From Candidatus Daviesbacteria bacterium (GTDB lineage: Bacteria > Patescibacteriota > Microgenomatia > Daviesbacterales > UBA10151), in NCBI GenBank assembly GCA_028715175.1, contig JAQUSJ010000001.1, positions 610,386-674,385 of the forward strand: a stretch of 64,000 bases of DNA, read 5' to 3'. Shown piece by piece: positions 41,094-50,281 of this stretch (positions are counted from its first letter, which is position 1; the number at the start of each line of letters is the position of its first letter). The notes below the pieces were generated by a model. The model was not told the origin of the DNA. It saw nothing but the letters and a program-made list of their open reading frames with translations, and searched no databases. Both the position numbers and the translations under genes were made by a program.

Positions 41094-43415
41094 TCACAGC
41101 GGTGAAAGGCTTGAGCTAGAAGTTGCAGTTGGGTTTGGACTTGGACTTGTGACAAAAGACGAAATTGTTGGTTCCGGATCATCCACTTGACCGAAATCAT
41201 ATCTCATGCAAGCCCAATCAATAGAATTAACCCTACAATCTCTATTGAAATCTCCGGGTCTATCACAGCTGTCTTCAGCAATGATAAACTCGCGGATTAA
41301 CTGCGCATGATCAAAAGGATTTATTGCACCGTCACGGACGTCTAATGGGAAAATGTCGCCAATAGGCAAAATGAAATTGGGGATGCTGACTATGCCGTCG
41401 CCGGCTGTAAATCGGGCAATCCTCCGCAACGATTTCGGCGCCTTAAGTGACACAATATATCTCTTACCGACTTCCAGTTTTTGAGTCAATCCCTGAACAA
41501 CTCCATCTTTATCGATCTTTACTGTTTGCCGTGTCTTTTTTCCTGTTTCATCCACCAGAACCATATCTACATTCTCTGTATCATGAGAAGCCGGCGCCCT
41601 GCAAAAAACCTTGGCTCCTAAGGCAAGCTGTGAAATAGCACCGCACTGTCCGGTTCCTGTTTGTTCGTCTGTATTTGTGAAAGTTATTGGCAAAACTTGT
41701 CCTGTTTGCGCATTCTGCAAAACCGCCTGAATGCTATTATCGCTCCATGACTTTATTTCCAAATTAGTATCACCGCTTTTTACTGTACCCTTTTCTGATC
41801 CAAAATTTTGCCCCGTTAAATTCAGGATGGTCTTGCTGTCTTCAAAACTCAAAGAACAACTGGTCATGGTCGGACCAGACCCAAGCAGTTCAATTTGGGC
41901 TTGACACTTCGGACAATCGGCTGCAGTGGTTACCTTATTGGTAGAATCCATAAATTGCACAAAGATAAACTTCTGCCCTGGTGTTACATCCTTGAAAGTA
42001 TAATCAAGCGGGTTTGATGCAACAGCAATTGTATAATCCCGCCATGGAGCGCTAGCTAAATCAGTCGGATTTTCCGCAATCCTAAATTGCTTAGTATAAG
42101 CAGGAGCAGGAGCTGAACTGGAAGCAGGAGAAGAGGCGGGAGAGGAAGAAGGCGAAGTAGCAGACGTTCCTCCACAGCTTGAAGCGCACTGACCCGTTTT
42201 CACACCTTGACAGCCGCTTGGATCAATCTGGCACCAATTTTTAACAACATTTGCCTGGTTACCACAGCTTGTATCCCATCCATTGCTTTCATAAAAAGGT
42301 AAAATATCTGTTCTTTTTAGCAAAACACATTCACTGCATGCATCCAGCCCTTGGCATCCGGCAGGCCCGCCACTACCTTCTCCCGAAGCACAACTTGCTT
42401 CTGATCCCGTTCCAATGTATCTAAGTTGCATACATTTATTGTTGTTGGTAGAAATACCGTCTGTATCTTTGAATTCATAACACCAAGCACTGGTGTCAGG
42501 ATTGATAAAATTTGGCTGGTCTGTATTCGGCGGGCAATCTTTGTTGGGATCAGCAAAGTTTTTTGTAGGACATGAAGAATTACAATCTGCAACATATTGA
42601 TGTAGTCTGTCGCATACACCTGGACTATTAATCCCCAGTTCGCTTGGTTTAAAAGTTGCTTTGCACACTATAGTACCCTTACTTGTGCCACCGCTTGTAC
42701 CACTACCACTACAAGGCTCCGCACAACCCTTGTCGTTATCACAGTAGTTTTGACCACCGAAGTTGCAGGCATAGTGTTCATATGCAGTACATGTTTTCCC
42801 ATCTTTAGTGCAGGTTCCTGCTGCACTGCCAGGATTACATGCATGGTAACCCGCAGCTATACAGTAGTTATCTGTTCCACCACCTCCACCGCTACTGCCA
42901 GTACATGGTGAATCACAGTTTGAATGATCGCAATAATTCTGCCCCCCAAAGTTACATTGGTAGGCTTCATATGCTGTACATGATTGTCCGTCTTTTGAAC
43001 AGCTGCCCGCAACACTACCTACATTACATGCATGGAAACCAGCAGCAATACAGTAATTATCTTCAGCATAAGCGGTTTTCACCAAGCCTTTGGGCAAAAA
43101 ACTTAACGGTGAATCTTTTGACTTCACAGTTTGAATAGAAGATTGTGCCGGGCCCAGCGGGGAAGTAAGCTGAACTTGAATCTGGGGCTTGGTGGCAACC
43201 CAGGTACCATCACTCTTTTTACTAACATTTGAACCTGTAAATACAATTGGATCTACAGCAGCGCGGGATTTAATAATTTGCTGCGTCCTGACAAGATTAA
43301 CACCCAATGGAATACCCAGAATAAGTATACCTAAAACAAGTAGACTAACAAGATTTTTTTTATTACGAAACAAGTTTCCTGTTTCGTTTTTGAAGTAATC
43401 TAAAATTGCTCCCAT
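41094..43415 (-). CDS. Surface protein: TM, Cys-rich repeats, IPT/TIG-like domain, C-terminal dockerin-like domain
   Basis: TM then KSRAA; two DNYCIAAG repeats; LTGQNFG...SWSDNSI; paired loops GDIF..DGAINPFD and GDFNRDCRVNSID. Confidence 0.75.
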   Translation of the reverse strand: MGAILDYFKNETGNLFRNKKNLVSLLVLGILILGIPLGVNLVRTQQIIKSRAAVDPIVFTGSNVSKKSDGTWVATKPQIQVQLTSPLGPAQSSIQTVKSKDSPLSFLPKGLVKTAYAEDNYCIAAGFHACNVGSVAGSCSKDGQSCTAYEAYQCNFGGQNYCDHSNCDSPCTGSSGGGGGTDNYCIAAGYHACNPGSAAGTCTKDGKTCTAYEHYACNFGGQNYCDNDKGCAEPCSGSGTSGGTSKGTIVCKATFKPSELGINSPGVCDRLHQYVADCNSSCPTKNFADPNKDCPPNTDQPNFINPDTSAWCYEFKDTDGISTNNNKCMQLRYIGTGSEASCASGEGSGGPAGCQGLDACSECVLLKRTDILPFYESNGWDTSCGNQANVVKNWCQIDPSGCQGVKTGQCASSCGGTSATSPSSSPASSPASSSAPAPAYTKQFRIAENPTDLASAPWRDYTIAVASNPLDYTFKDVTPGQKFIFVQFMDSTNKVTTAADCPKCQAQIELLGSGPTMTSCSLSFEDSKTILNLTGQNFGSEKGTVKSGDTNLEIKSWSDNSIQAVLQNAQTGQVLPITFTNTDEQTGTGQCGAISQLALGAKVFCRAPASHDTENVDMVLVDETGKKTRQTVKIDKDGVVQGLTQKLEVGKRYIVSLKAPKSLRRIARFTAGDGIVSIPNFILPIGDIFPLDVRDGAINPFDHAQLIREFIIAEDSCDRPGDFNRDCRVNSIDWACMRYDFGQVDDPEPTISSFVTSPSPNPTATSSSSLSPL

Positions 43416-43576
43416 TTGTAGAATGTAAACCTTACTTTAATAGTGAACCAAATCATATAACTTTGTCAACTACGTCATGTTAACTGAACGTAGTCAACCC
43501 CTTGCAAACTGTTAAGGTGAATCTAAAAAGATACATATAAACGAAATCTCAAATGATACAAATTAATGTGTTATCA

Positions 43577-43643
43577 TGTCATTCTGGCTTGTCCAGAATC
43601 GCTTTTAATAGATTCTGGAGTCGTTTCACTCCCCAGAATGACA
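43577..43643. repeat. TGTCATTC-type palindromic MITE-like element
   Basis: TGTCATTCTG...CAGAATGACA 10-bp terminal IR enclosing two sub-hairpins. Confidence 0.8.
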
Positions 43644-43693
43644 GTCTTCCTAAAACTATATCAATTGAGATTTCCGATTACAAAGCAGGCTTT

Positions 43694-44677
43694 CTATTTT
43701 TCAGGTCTTTCAGCCAGGGGATGATACCGTCTATGTGAATCTTCGGCAAACCGGTCAGAAGCATTAACATATCTGGTAGTAGTATTTAATGACTCGTGTC
43801 CCAAAAGCATCTGGATGGCCACGGGAGAAGCGCCTTCTTCCGCCAAATATGTAGCAAAACCATGACGCAAAGAATGGGCGCTTGTTGGAACAATAATACC
43901 AAGTTTTTCGCGATAACTTTTGATTTTAGCTTGTAAATAATTCGGAGATATTCGACAATCTCTTTGGCCCATTCTTTTGCCTTTCTGGGGAACAAAAAGC
44001 GCCGGAAGAGCATCTTTCCTAAGTTTTAAATAGTTATCTATATAAAATTTGGCCCGTTCGGTCAAATACACAAACCGCTCTTTTTTACCTTTACCGATAA
44101 TAAAAATTCTACCGGATGAATCAATATCGCGACGGTTCAAAGACAAAAGCTCCGATATTCTCATCCCTGTTGCAAACAGTACTTCTAACATGGCTCGGTT
44201 TCGTGTAGCTACTACAGAATTTTTTTCGAAAGTTGAAGGTGACTCAATTAATGATATTAATTCGTTGAGCTCCGCTACTTTATAATGCTTTTTCTCTTTA
44301 CGAACCATCCTTACGCTTTCTGGAACAACAGGTATTTTATAGTCCTGAAAAATTAGAAATTTTAAATAACTCCTAAAAGATGACAGTATCCTATTGATCG
44401 AGCCGCTCTGCAATTTTAAAGAAGTTTCCTGTTCCGAAATAGCGGTTTTACGGTCTGTCGATAAAAGGTATGCTTTATAGCGTTCCACATCTGCTTTAGT
44501 TATTTGTTCAAATTCTTTTTGTATTTCATGTTCCAAAAAATAGGTGAGTGTAAGCAAATCACGTTCATAGTTATACATTGTCTCTTGAGAGTAGTTATCG
44601 GTTTGCAGATGTAATAAAAACTCATCAAATAGCGGCAAGGAAATTTTCTTTTTTGTTTCAATAGACGAGCTTAACAT
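43694..44677 (-). CDS. XerC/D-like tyrosine recombinase, intact active site
   Basis: ATGMRISEL, GKGKK, HSLRHGFAT, LGH, TTRY; start ATG 44677 downstream of TTGACA-N18-TATTAT. Confidence 0.9.
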   Translation of the reverse strand: MLSSSIETKKKISLPLFDEFLLHLQTDNYSQETMYNYERDLLTLTYFLEHEIQKEFEQITKADVERYKAYLLSTDRKTAISEQETSLKLQSGSINRILSSFRSYLKFLIFQDYKIPVVPESVRMVRKEKKHYKVAELNELISLIESPSTFEKNSVVATRNRAMLEVLFATGMRISELLSLNRRDIDSSGRIFIIGKGKKERFVYLTERAKFYIDNYLKLRKDALPALFVPQKGKRMGQRDCRISPNYLQAKIKSYREKLGIIVPTSAHSLRHGFATYLAEEGASPVAIQMLLGHESLNTTTRYVNASDRFAEDSHRRYHPLAERPEK

Positions 44678-44771
44678 AATGAGTGTTTGAATGATTATAC
44701 TCATAATACCAAGGCTAAATAGGTCTTGTCAAGCATTAAAGTAGCATTAATTCAGTTTTCTCCAGCGAATT

Positions 44772-44879
44772 TGTCATTCTGATCCGGCTTTGCCGGAGAA
44801 GAATATAACTGAAAGTATAGATCCTTGCGTCACCGCTAAAGCTATGGCGGCACGCGGTCGCTAGTCGCTCAGGATGACA
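44772..44879. repeat. TGTCATTC-type palindromic MITE-like element
   Basis: TGTCATTCTGA...TCAGGATGACA termini, nested ATCCGGCTTTGCCGGAG palindrome. Confidence 0.8.
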
Positions 44880-44904
44880 GTATGTGCTGGATTCACGCAA
44901 ATGA

Positions 44905-45438
44905 GGCTAGCCAGGCACGAGGCCCGTAAATGGCCCAAAAACGGCTTTTCAGGGGATAAGACGTAGGATAGATCATCAAGGGTTTAGGTTGTTAGAAAAA
45001 CCTAAACAAATTATTGGTAATCTTTATTTATAGACGAAAAATTAACAAGAAATTTGGACGGGAATTACCATAATTTAAGTACATGAAATTTTTCCTTATT
45101 TTTGTACTCTTGCCGATTAAATGCCGTACCTGTGGGTAATTAAACCACTTCTCCGTTTTTTACTGTTTCACATATTGTACGACATCAAAATATAGGGAAG
45201 TTTGTATAACCTTTCTCGCAAGGAGGAGTATACAGAAACAGTATCTAAATAAACACACCTGTTTCTGCTAGAAACATCTAATTAAGGTTGCATAAAGACA
45301 GAGAGAAGCACCTCTCTTCTCCAGGGAGCTTCGTTAGGTTTCGGGAAACCTACGTCCGGTATTATTTAGCACTTATCCACAAAGTATGCCATTGTTAGGC
45401 TCAATAGATCCTATAGCAAAACGTCTTCGTGCTTAGTC
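44905..45438 (+). ncRNA. Candidate large structured non-coding RNA (unassigned)
   Basis: No ORF of 60 aa or more; four stacked end-to-end helices plus several internal hairpins found by eye. Confidence 0.3.
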
Positions 45439-45599
45439 GCTATATCAAACCATATCAACTATTCTTTTCACGAAATTTACTCTAATTTTTCACACTTCGA
45501 CTCTCCGGCTACGCCGGATCGCTCAGTGTAAACTCTCTCACTTCCCTACTTTAGCTTATTCTGTCAATATAATTTTGAACTTTTAACTTTGAATTATAT

Positions 45600-46382
45600 T
45601 TATCCGCTCCATGATGTTGTAAAAAAACTAACCAAAAGTACAATTGCCCCTATAATCAAGTACTCCCGCATCATTCTCCTAGTCATCTTACCCCTTAAGT
45701 ACTGAGTAGTTAAACCTAAAAGAATATACATGGCGGAAGATAAAGACAGCGACCAAATTGTTGTCGGAGACGGCCAAAATGAGAAACTTAAGGCCAACTC
45801 TCCCAGGATTAAACTTAAGACAAAACTCTGTATAATAATTGCTACCGAAACCGTATCCTCCATTTTAAAAGTCCAAAGCACTTGTAGAATTAATAAAAAA
45901 CTTACTGCCATGACCGCTACCCCATTCCACAGAAAAAATAAATTAAAAGCGGAAATTACATGGTATATAAAAAAAGCTGAAAGAAGCGTAAAAAGGAAAC
46001 TCGCCGTTGATGCTGCCCTGTATAAAGGAATCGTCCGCAAAGATGCCACATTAAATACATTCTGCGCCAAAAGCAACAGATAGAAAGTCAGGCCAAATAT
46101 AAAAGCTACCGGCAGCCTCGTTAGCCAGCGCACAGGTAAAAGAAAATAAAAGCTTGCGACAGCCACTGTAAAAAAGGTCGGTAAAATCAAAAGCATAAAT
46201 GCTTTGGTTACATTTAAACCCTCCCAAAGAGACCAGAAGGAAAGAATATATGCGAAAACCGCAAGCCCTCCCAAAAATCTAAACCTCAGATTAAAATCAA
46301 CCAATTGCGTTGAAAGTAATCCTATAGTTAATAAAAATGAGCTGATAACTATTTTTTGCCGTTTGTTTAGGTTTAGTTTCAT
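45600..46382 (-). CDS. Polytopic membrane protein
   Basis: About 9 hydrophobic segments, NVASLRTIPLYRAA loop. Confidence 0.75.
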   Translation of the reverse strand: MKLNLNKRQKIVISSFLLTIGLLSTQLVDFNLRFRFLGGLAVFAYILSFWSLWEGLNVTKAFMLLILPTFFTVAVASFYFLLPVRWLTRLPVAFIFGLTFYLLLLAQNVFNVASLRTIPLYRAASTASFLFTLLSAFFIYHVISAFNLFFLWNGVAVMAVSFLLILQVLWTFKMEDTVSVAIIIQSFVLSLILGELALSFSFWPSPTTIWSLSLSSAMYILLGLTTQYLRGKMTRRMMREYLIIGAIVLLVSFFTTSWSG

Positions 46383-46468
46383 ATTCCCCTCTCTATTGGC
46401 TATCCGGATTCTCCTATCGAGATCCTTCGTCGCTGTTTCGCCCCTCAGGATGGTTGCTCGTTACCTCG

Positions 46469-47002
46469 TTACTTCGCAACCAATTTCAAAACATGACAGA
46501 TAGCAATTGCCAGCGCATCTGTGGCATCATCCAGGTGTCCACCTTTCCAATTTACTTTAAGCTTATTCCGTTTTCTGCCGGAGGTTCCCAGGAACTTCCT
46601 TACCCCATCATGGACTTGATTTTTATCAGCTCTGCCTGACCCGGCAACCAAAAGTTTCACCTGCAAACCCGTATAATCTTGAAACGGAATGTTATGCTGA
46701 GAAGCTGTTAACATAATCACTCCCCTCGCCTGTCCTACCATAATGGCAGTTCTGGTATTGGCCCCGAAAAATAACATCTCGCAAATCATCTGGTCCGGCT
46801 GATATTTTTTTATAACCGAGGTTAGTTCGCTGTGTATCATATGCAAGCGATCCTGCATTAGTTTATCTTTGGGCGTGCTGATATTTCCATAAGCTATCAA
46901 TTCTATATTGTAGTTAAATTCCCGACTTAATATGTCATCCGGTATTTTTATGACTCCATAACCAGTGGTAGCTGTTCCAGGATCAATTCCTAAAATAATC
47001 AT
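46469..47002 (-). CDS. ruvC: Holliday junction resolvase RuvC
   Basis: ILGIDPG, QARGVI, GRADK, DDATDALAIAICH. Confidence 0.95.
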   Translation of the reverse strand: MIILGIDPGTATTGYGVIKIPDDILSREFNYNIELIAYGNISTPKDKLMQDRLHMIHSELTSVIKKYQPDQMICEMLFFGANTRTAIMVGQARGVIMLTASQHNIPFQDYTGLQVKLLVAGSGRADKNQVHDGVRKFLGTSGRKRNKLKVNWKGGHLDDATDALAIAICHVLKLVAK

Positions 47003-47084
47003 AGTCGTCAGTATCGCTTCGCTCTCAGTCTTCAGCTTTCAGACTTGTTTTGTCTGACGACTGATGACTGATAGCTGATAGCTA
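47002..47084. repeat. Heptamer-hairpin element (copy B)
   Basis: Fills the whole yebC-ruvC gap, supplies the yebC TAG; nested TCGCTTCGCTC. Confidence 0.88.
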
Positions 47085-47840
47085 TTCTTGTTCTATCTCA
47101 AAATTAGCATACACCTTTTGTACATCATCTAAGTCCTCCAGCTTCCCTATAAAATCCAAAACTTTTTTGGCTGTTTCCGGATCATTTATTGAAACTAAAG
47201 TATTTGGTTTAAAGACTAGCTCCTGTGACTCTACTGTGTATCCTGCCTGAGTAATTTTATTACCCATAGTATTTAATTCTGGGCTCTCTGTATATACTAA
47301 ATACATTTGTCCGCCAGCTGGCGGATTATCTTCAATATAGTCTTCAACGTCTTTCGCGCCAAGATCTATCAGTTCCAGCATTTCTTCCTCTGCGTTACCA
47401 CCTTTACTCCTTACTCTAATTTCTCCCACCCTGCCAAACATATATGCTACACTTCCCTGTCCGGCCAAACTTCCCCCACTTCTTTCAAAAATATTTTTAA
47501 TTTCCTGTAAAGTTCGCAGTTTATTATCAGTTACCCCTTCTATCAAAAATGCCACTTTACCAGGCCCAAAACCTTCATAAACCACTTCTTCCAGAGTTTG
47601 ACCGGGTAATTTGCCTAATCCCCTGTCAATGGCCCGCTGCACATTTTCCTTGGGCATATTTACGCTTTTTGCCTCCTCCATTACCACTCTCAATCTTGGA
47701 TTGGATTCCGGATCACCGGATCCTCCCATTTTCACAGCAATGGTAATGGCATTTGCAAGCTTGGTAAAGGTTTGTCCTCGTTTGATATCTGCTACCCCTT
47801 TTTGCCGCTTGATTGTACTCCACTTGCTATGTCCTGACAT
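47082..47840 (-). CDS. yebC: YebC/PmpR family protein
   Basis: MSGHSKWSTIKRQK, NPRLR, YEGFGP, DDVQKVYAN. Confidence 0.95.
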   Translation of the reverse strand: MSGHSKWSTIKRQKGVADIKRGQTFTKLANAITIAVKMGGSGDPESNPRLRVVMEEAKSVNMPKENVQRAIDRGLGKLPGQTLEEVVYEGFGPGKVAFLIEGVTDNKLRTLQEIKNIFERSGGSLAGQGSVAYMFGRVGEIRVRSKGGNAEEEMLELIDLGAKDVEDYIEDNPPAGGQMYLVYTESPELNTMGNKITQAGYTVESQELVFKPNTLVSINDPETAKKVLDFIGKLEDLDDVQKVYANFEIEQE

Positions 47841-47903
47841 AACTAATAGATATTAACGTTTGGGGTTCAATTTTGCAATACAAATGTGGTATACTTTGCC
47901 TCC

Positions 47904-48350
47904 ATGACTGAACCTGATAGAACGATCATAGATCCTGTTGTAAGGCTTATGGCATATGGTGCACCAGAGGGACGTATCAGAGCCTGTATAGAATACTTGC
48001 CACAAGTAACCACCCCAGACGAACTTGATGAACTGTTGGGAAAATTAGGTACAACCATTGACTGGGCGCAACTTTTAATGTTCGTCTTTATACCTATCTA
48101 TCAACACGAGCCACCCATTCAAAAACAGGCACAAGAAGCATTACATGGAATGGGTATTCCTAATGCCATAGTTGATGAATATTTGGGCGGGTTCGGCACT
48201 CATCCTTATCTAATGCTCAGGCTCAAGTATGGGGATTCATACCCCGAAGAGGTGTGTGAACCTTTCATTAATGCTGCTGCACAAGTAGTTCTCAATACTG
48301 TAAAATCCTATCTTGGTTTGATGCCAAAAGAACCGCAACCTGGTCCCTAA
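47904..48350 (+). CDS. Hypothetical protein
   Basis: ORF with TATACT just upstream of ATG 47904; no motif recognised. Confidence 0.55.
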   Translation: MTEPDRTIIDPVVRLMAYGAPEGRIRACIEYLPQVTTPDELDELLGKLGTTIDWAQLLMFVFIPIYQHEPPIQKQAQEALHGMGIPNAIVDEYLGGFGTHPYLMLRLKYGDSYPEEVCEPFINAAAQVVLNTVKSYLGLMPKEPQPGP

Positions 48351-48354
48351 ATTG

Positions 48355-48726
48355 CTGTCATTCCTGCGAATGCAGGAATCTAATTAACAGAATAATTTAA
48401 TGTCATAATAGGACCATGTATTATGTTTATATTTTAACTACTGGCAGAAATGGTACTTTGTATGTTGGAGTCACTGATAATTTAGTCACAAGAGTTTATC
48501 AACATAAAAATAATCTAATAAAAGGGTTTACTCAAAAATATAATATTCATAATCTCGTCTACTTTGAACAACACCAGGATATTAATGAGGCTATATTAAG
48601 AGAAAAACAAATCAAGAAATGGAAAAGGTTTTGGAAGATAAAGTTGATTAATAAGATGAACCCGAAGTGGAAGGATTTATTTAACTCTATTGCCTAATTG
48701 GATCCCCGCCTGCGCGGGGATGACAG
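48355..48726 (+). mobile_element. Palindrome-flanked GIY-YIG cassette
   Basis: CTGTCATTCCTGCGAATGCAGGAATC on left, GATCCCCGCCTGCGCGGGGATGACAG on right, terminal IR CTGTCAT/ATGACAG. Confidence 0.7.
48416..48697 (+). CDS. Small GIY-YIG nuclease
   Basis: YYVYIL, LYVGVT, RVYQHK, AILREKQIKKW, NPKWKDL. Confidence 0.92.
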   Translation: MYYVYILTTGRNGTLYVGVTDNLVTRVYQHKNNLIKGFTQKYNIHNLVYFEQHQDINEAILREKQIKKWKRFWKIKLINKMNPKWKDLFNSIA

Positions 48727-48830
48727 AAGAAACAAAAACAATAAAAAAAGAAACAAAGATAATAACAGGATCAAACAAAACACGAAACGTTGACAACCTG
48801 TCTGCTTTCTATCTATACTTCATCACTTAG

Positions 48831-49589
48831 ATGGACAACTCCTTTGAACCTGCAAGCCTTCACGAGCAAGCAATTAATGCAGCGCTGGATTCCAATTGGG
48901 AACTGGCAATTAAACTTAATAAACAAGTCATAAAAATTGACCCGCAAAACGTAGATGCCCTCAACCGCCAGGCTAAAGCTTACATGGAGCTTGGCAGAGC
49001 GAATTTGGCAAAAAAATACTACTCGGAAGCCTTAAGCGTTGATCCTTATAACCCGATTGCCCAAAAAAACTTAAAGATTATAAAATCTTTTAAATCCAAC
49101 CGGTGCAAACTAACGACTCAGGGCCCTAATAACAAACAATCCTCCGCCGGCTGCGTCCATACCAAACTTTCCCCATCCCTTTTTTTACAAGAACCGGGTA
49201 AAACAAAAATTGTGAGTCTTTTGAAAGTAGCCGAACCTCAAAAACTTGTCTCCGCCTTTTGCGGAATGAAGGTAGAAATGGCAATAAAAAACAGAAAAAT
49301 TACCATCACTGATTTAAACGGGGATTATCTTGGGGTGCTGCCCGACGACATTAACCATCATTTGCTGAGACTGTCCAAAGGAGGCAACAAATATGAATTA
49401 TTTGTCAAGTCTGTCAGAATAAACAGCCTGTCTGTCATTATTAAAGAAACTTTCCGAAGTAAAAAATTTAAAAACCAGCCGTCTTTTTTGGAATATTCTA
49501 ACTCCAGTGTCACAACAGACATCTTGACCTCGTTTGATGGAGCCAATAGCGAAGAAGATGAAGATGTTGAAGAGGAACAAGAAACCTAA
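48831..49589 (+). CDS. Tetratricopeptide repeat protein
   Basis: DPQNVDALNR, AKKYY...DPYNPIA, FLQEPGKTK. Confidence 0.8.
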   Translation: MDNSFEPASLHEQAINAALDSNWELAIKLNKQVIKIDPQNVDALNRQAKAYMELGRANLAKKYYSEALSVDPYNPIAQKNLKIIKSFKSNRCKLTTQGPNNKQSSAGCVHTKLSPSLFLQEPGKTKIVSLLKVAEPQKLVSAFCGMKVEMAIKNRKITITDLNGDYLGVLPDDINHHLLRLSKGGNKYELFVKSVRINSLSVIIKETFRSKKFKNQPSFLEYSNSSVTTDILTSFDGANSEEDEDVEEEQET

Positions 49590-50269
49590 ACCTTTAAAAG
49601 ACGCATTATCCCTTCGGAATCTAAAATTGGTCCGGAATTGTTTTTGCTGAAACTTCTTGTTTTGTAGAATTCAATCATTTGTTTATTTGAAAACGGTCTT
49701 GGGATTTTAACAAGTCCTCCGGCATTCAAATTTTGCGCTGATGCAAGTATTTTCTTTCGTATGGGGTCCCTGGAAGAAACTGCAGCCCGGATTTGAGCTT
49801 GATCTTTACTAAGTATCACTTGCCAAAAAAAATGCTCATCCGGTTCAAGTTTAGGAAGATTGCTAAAAATATCACTGAAATGATCGGGGTTTAACTTGGC
49901 GGCCTCTTTTACTCCTACTTCCCAAACGAAAACTCTGCTGTCTGTAAATTCCGCCGCATAATCTTCCAATTCTAATAGATTTAGCTCGTTTTGAAACCTA
50001 TATAGAATATTTTTCGGACCAAAGACAGTAAGCGCTGTCTCGGACCCTTTTAAAAGCCTTTCAAAACTAACTATTCCCCCTTTGACAAGTACCTCTTGAC
50101 GGATGGTATCCAGAATTTTGACATCAAAAGTTTTAACCTGGCGTATGAGAAATAAACTATAATCCACATTGACTTTTTGAGGTATCTCCTGGTAATCCCT
50201 CATTGACCGGAATGCTAAAATAAACGATATCCCGATAACCAGTAAAAAAAGTAGTAGCCACAAAATCAT
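49586..50269 (-). CDS. Hypothetical protein with N-terminal TM
   Basis: 227-aa ORF, hydrophobic N-terminus. Confidence 0.65.
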   Translation of the reverse strand: MILWLLLFLLVIGISFILAFRSMRDYQEIPQKVNVDYSLFLIRQVKTFDVKILDTIRQEVLVKGGIVSFERLLKGSETALTVFGPKNILYRFQNELNLLELEDYAAEFTDSRVFVWEVGVKEAAKLNPDHFSDIFSNLPKLEPDEHFFWQVILSKDQAQIRAAVSSRDPIRKKILASAQNLNAGGLVKIPRPFSNKQMIEFYKTRSFSKNNSGPILDSEGIMRLLKV

Positions 50270-50281
50270 GGTGATAATAAA

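Noticed and set aside
38431-44677. Prophage or integron implied by a holin-like gene and two integrase-family genes
   Set aside because: No phage structural or replication genes, no IntI-specific insertion or attC array recognised; YvlD-like proteins are common chromosomal genes
45131-45381. oriC suggested by a perfect DnaA box TTATCCACA (45373-45381) and two 1-mismatch boxes
   Set aside because: Too few and too scattered, no dnaA/dnaN nearby, and the same 9-mer occurs inside a CDS at 7386; cannot be excluded without skew data
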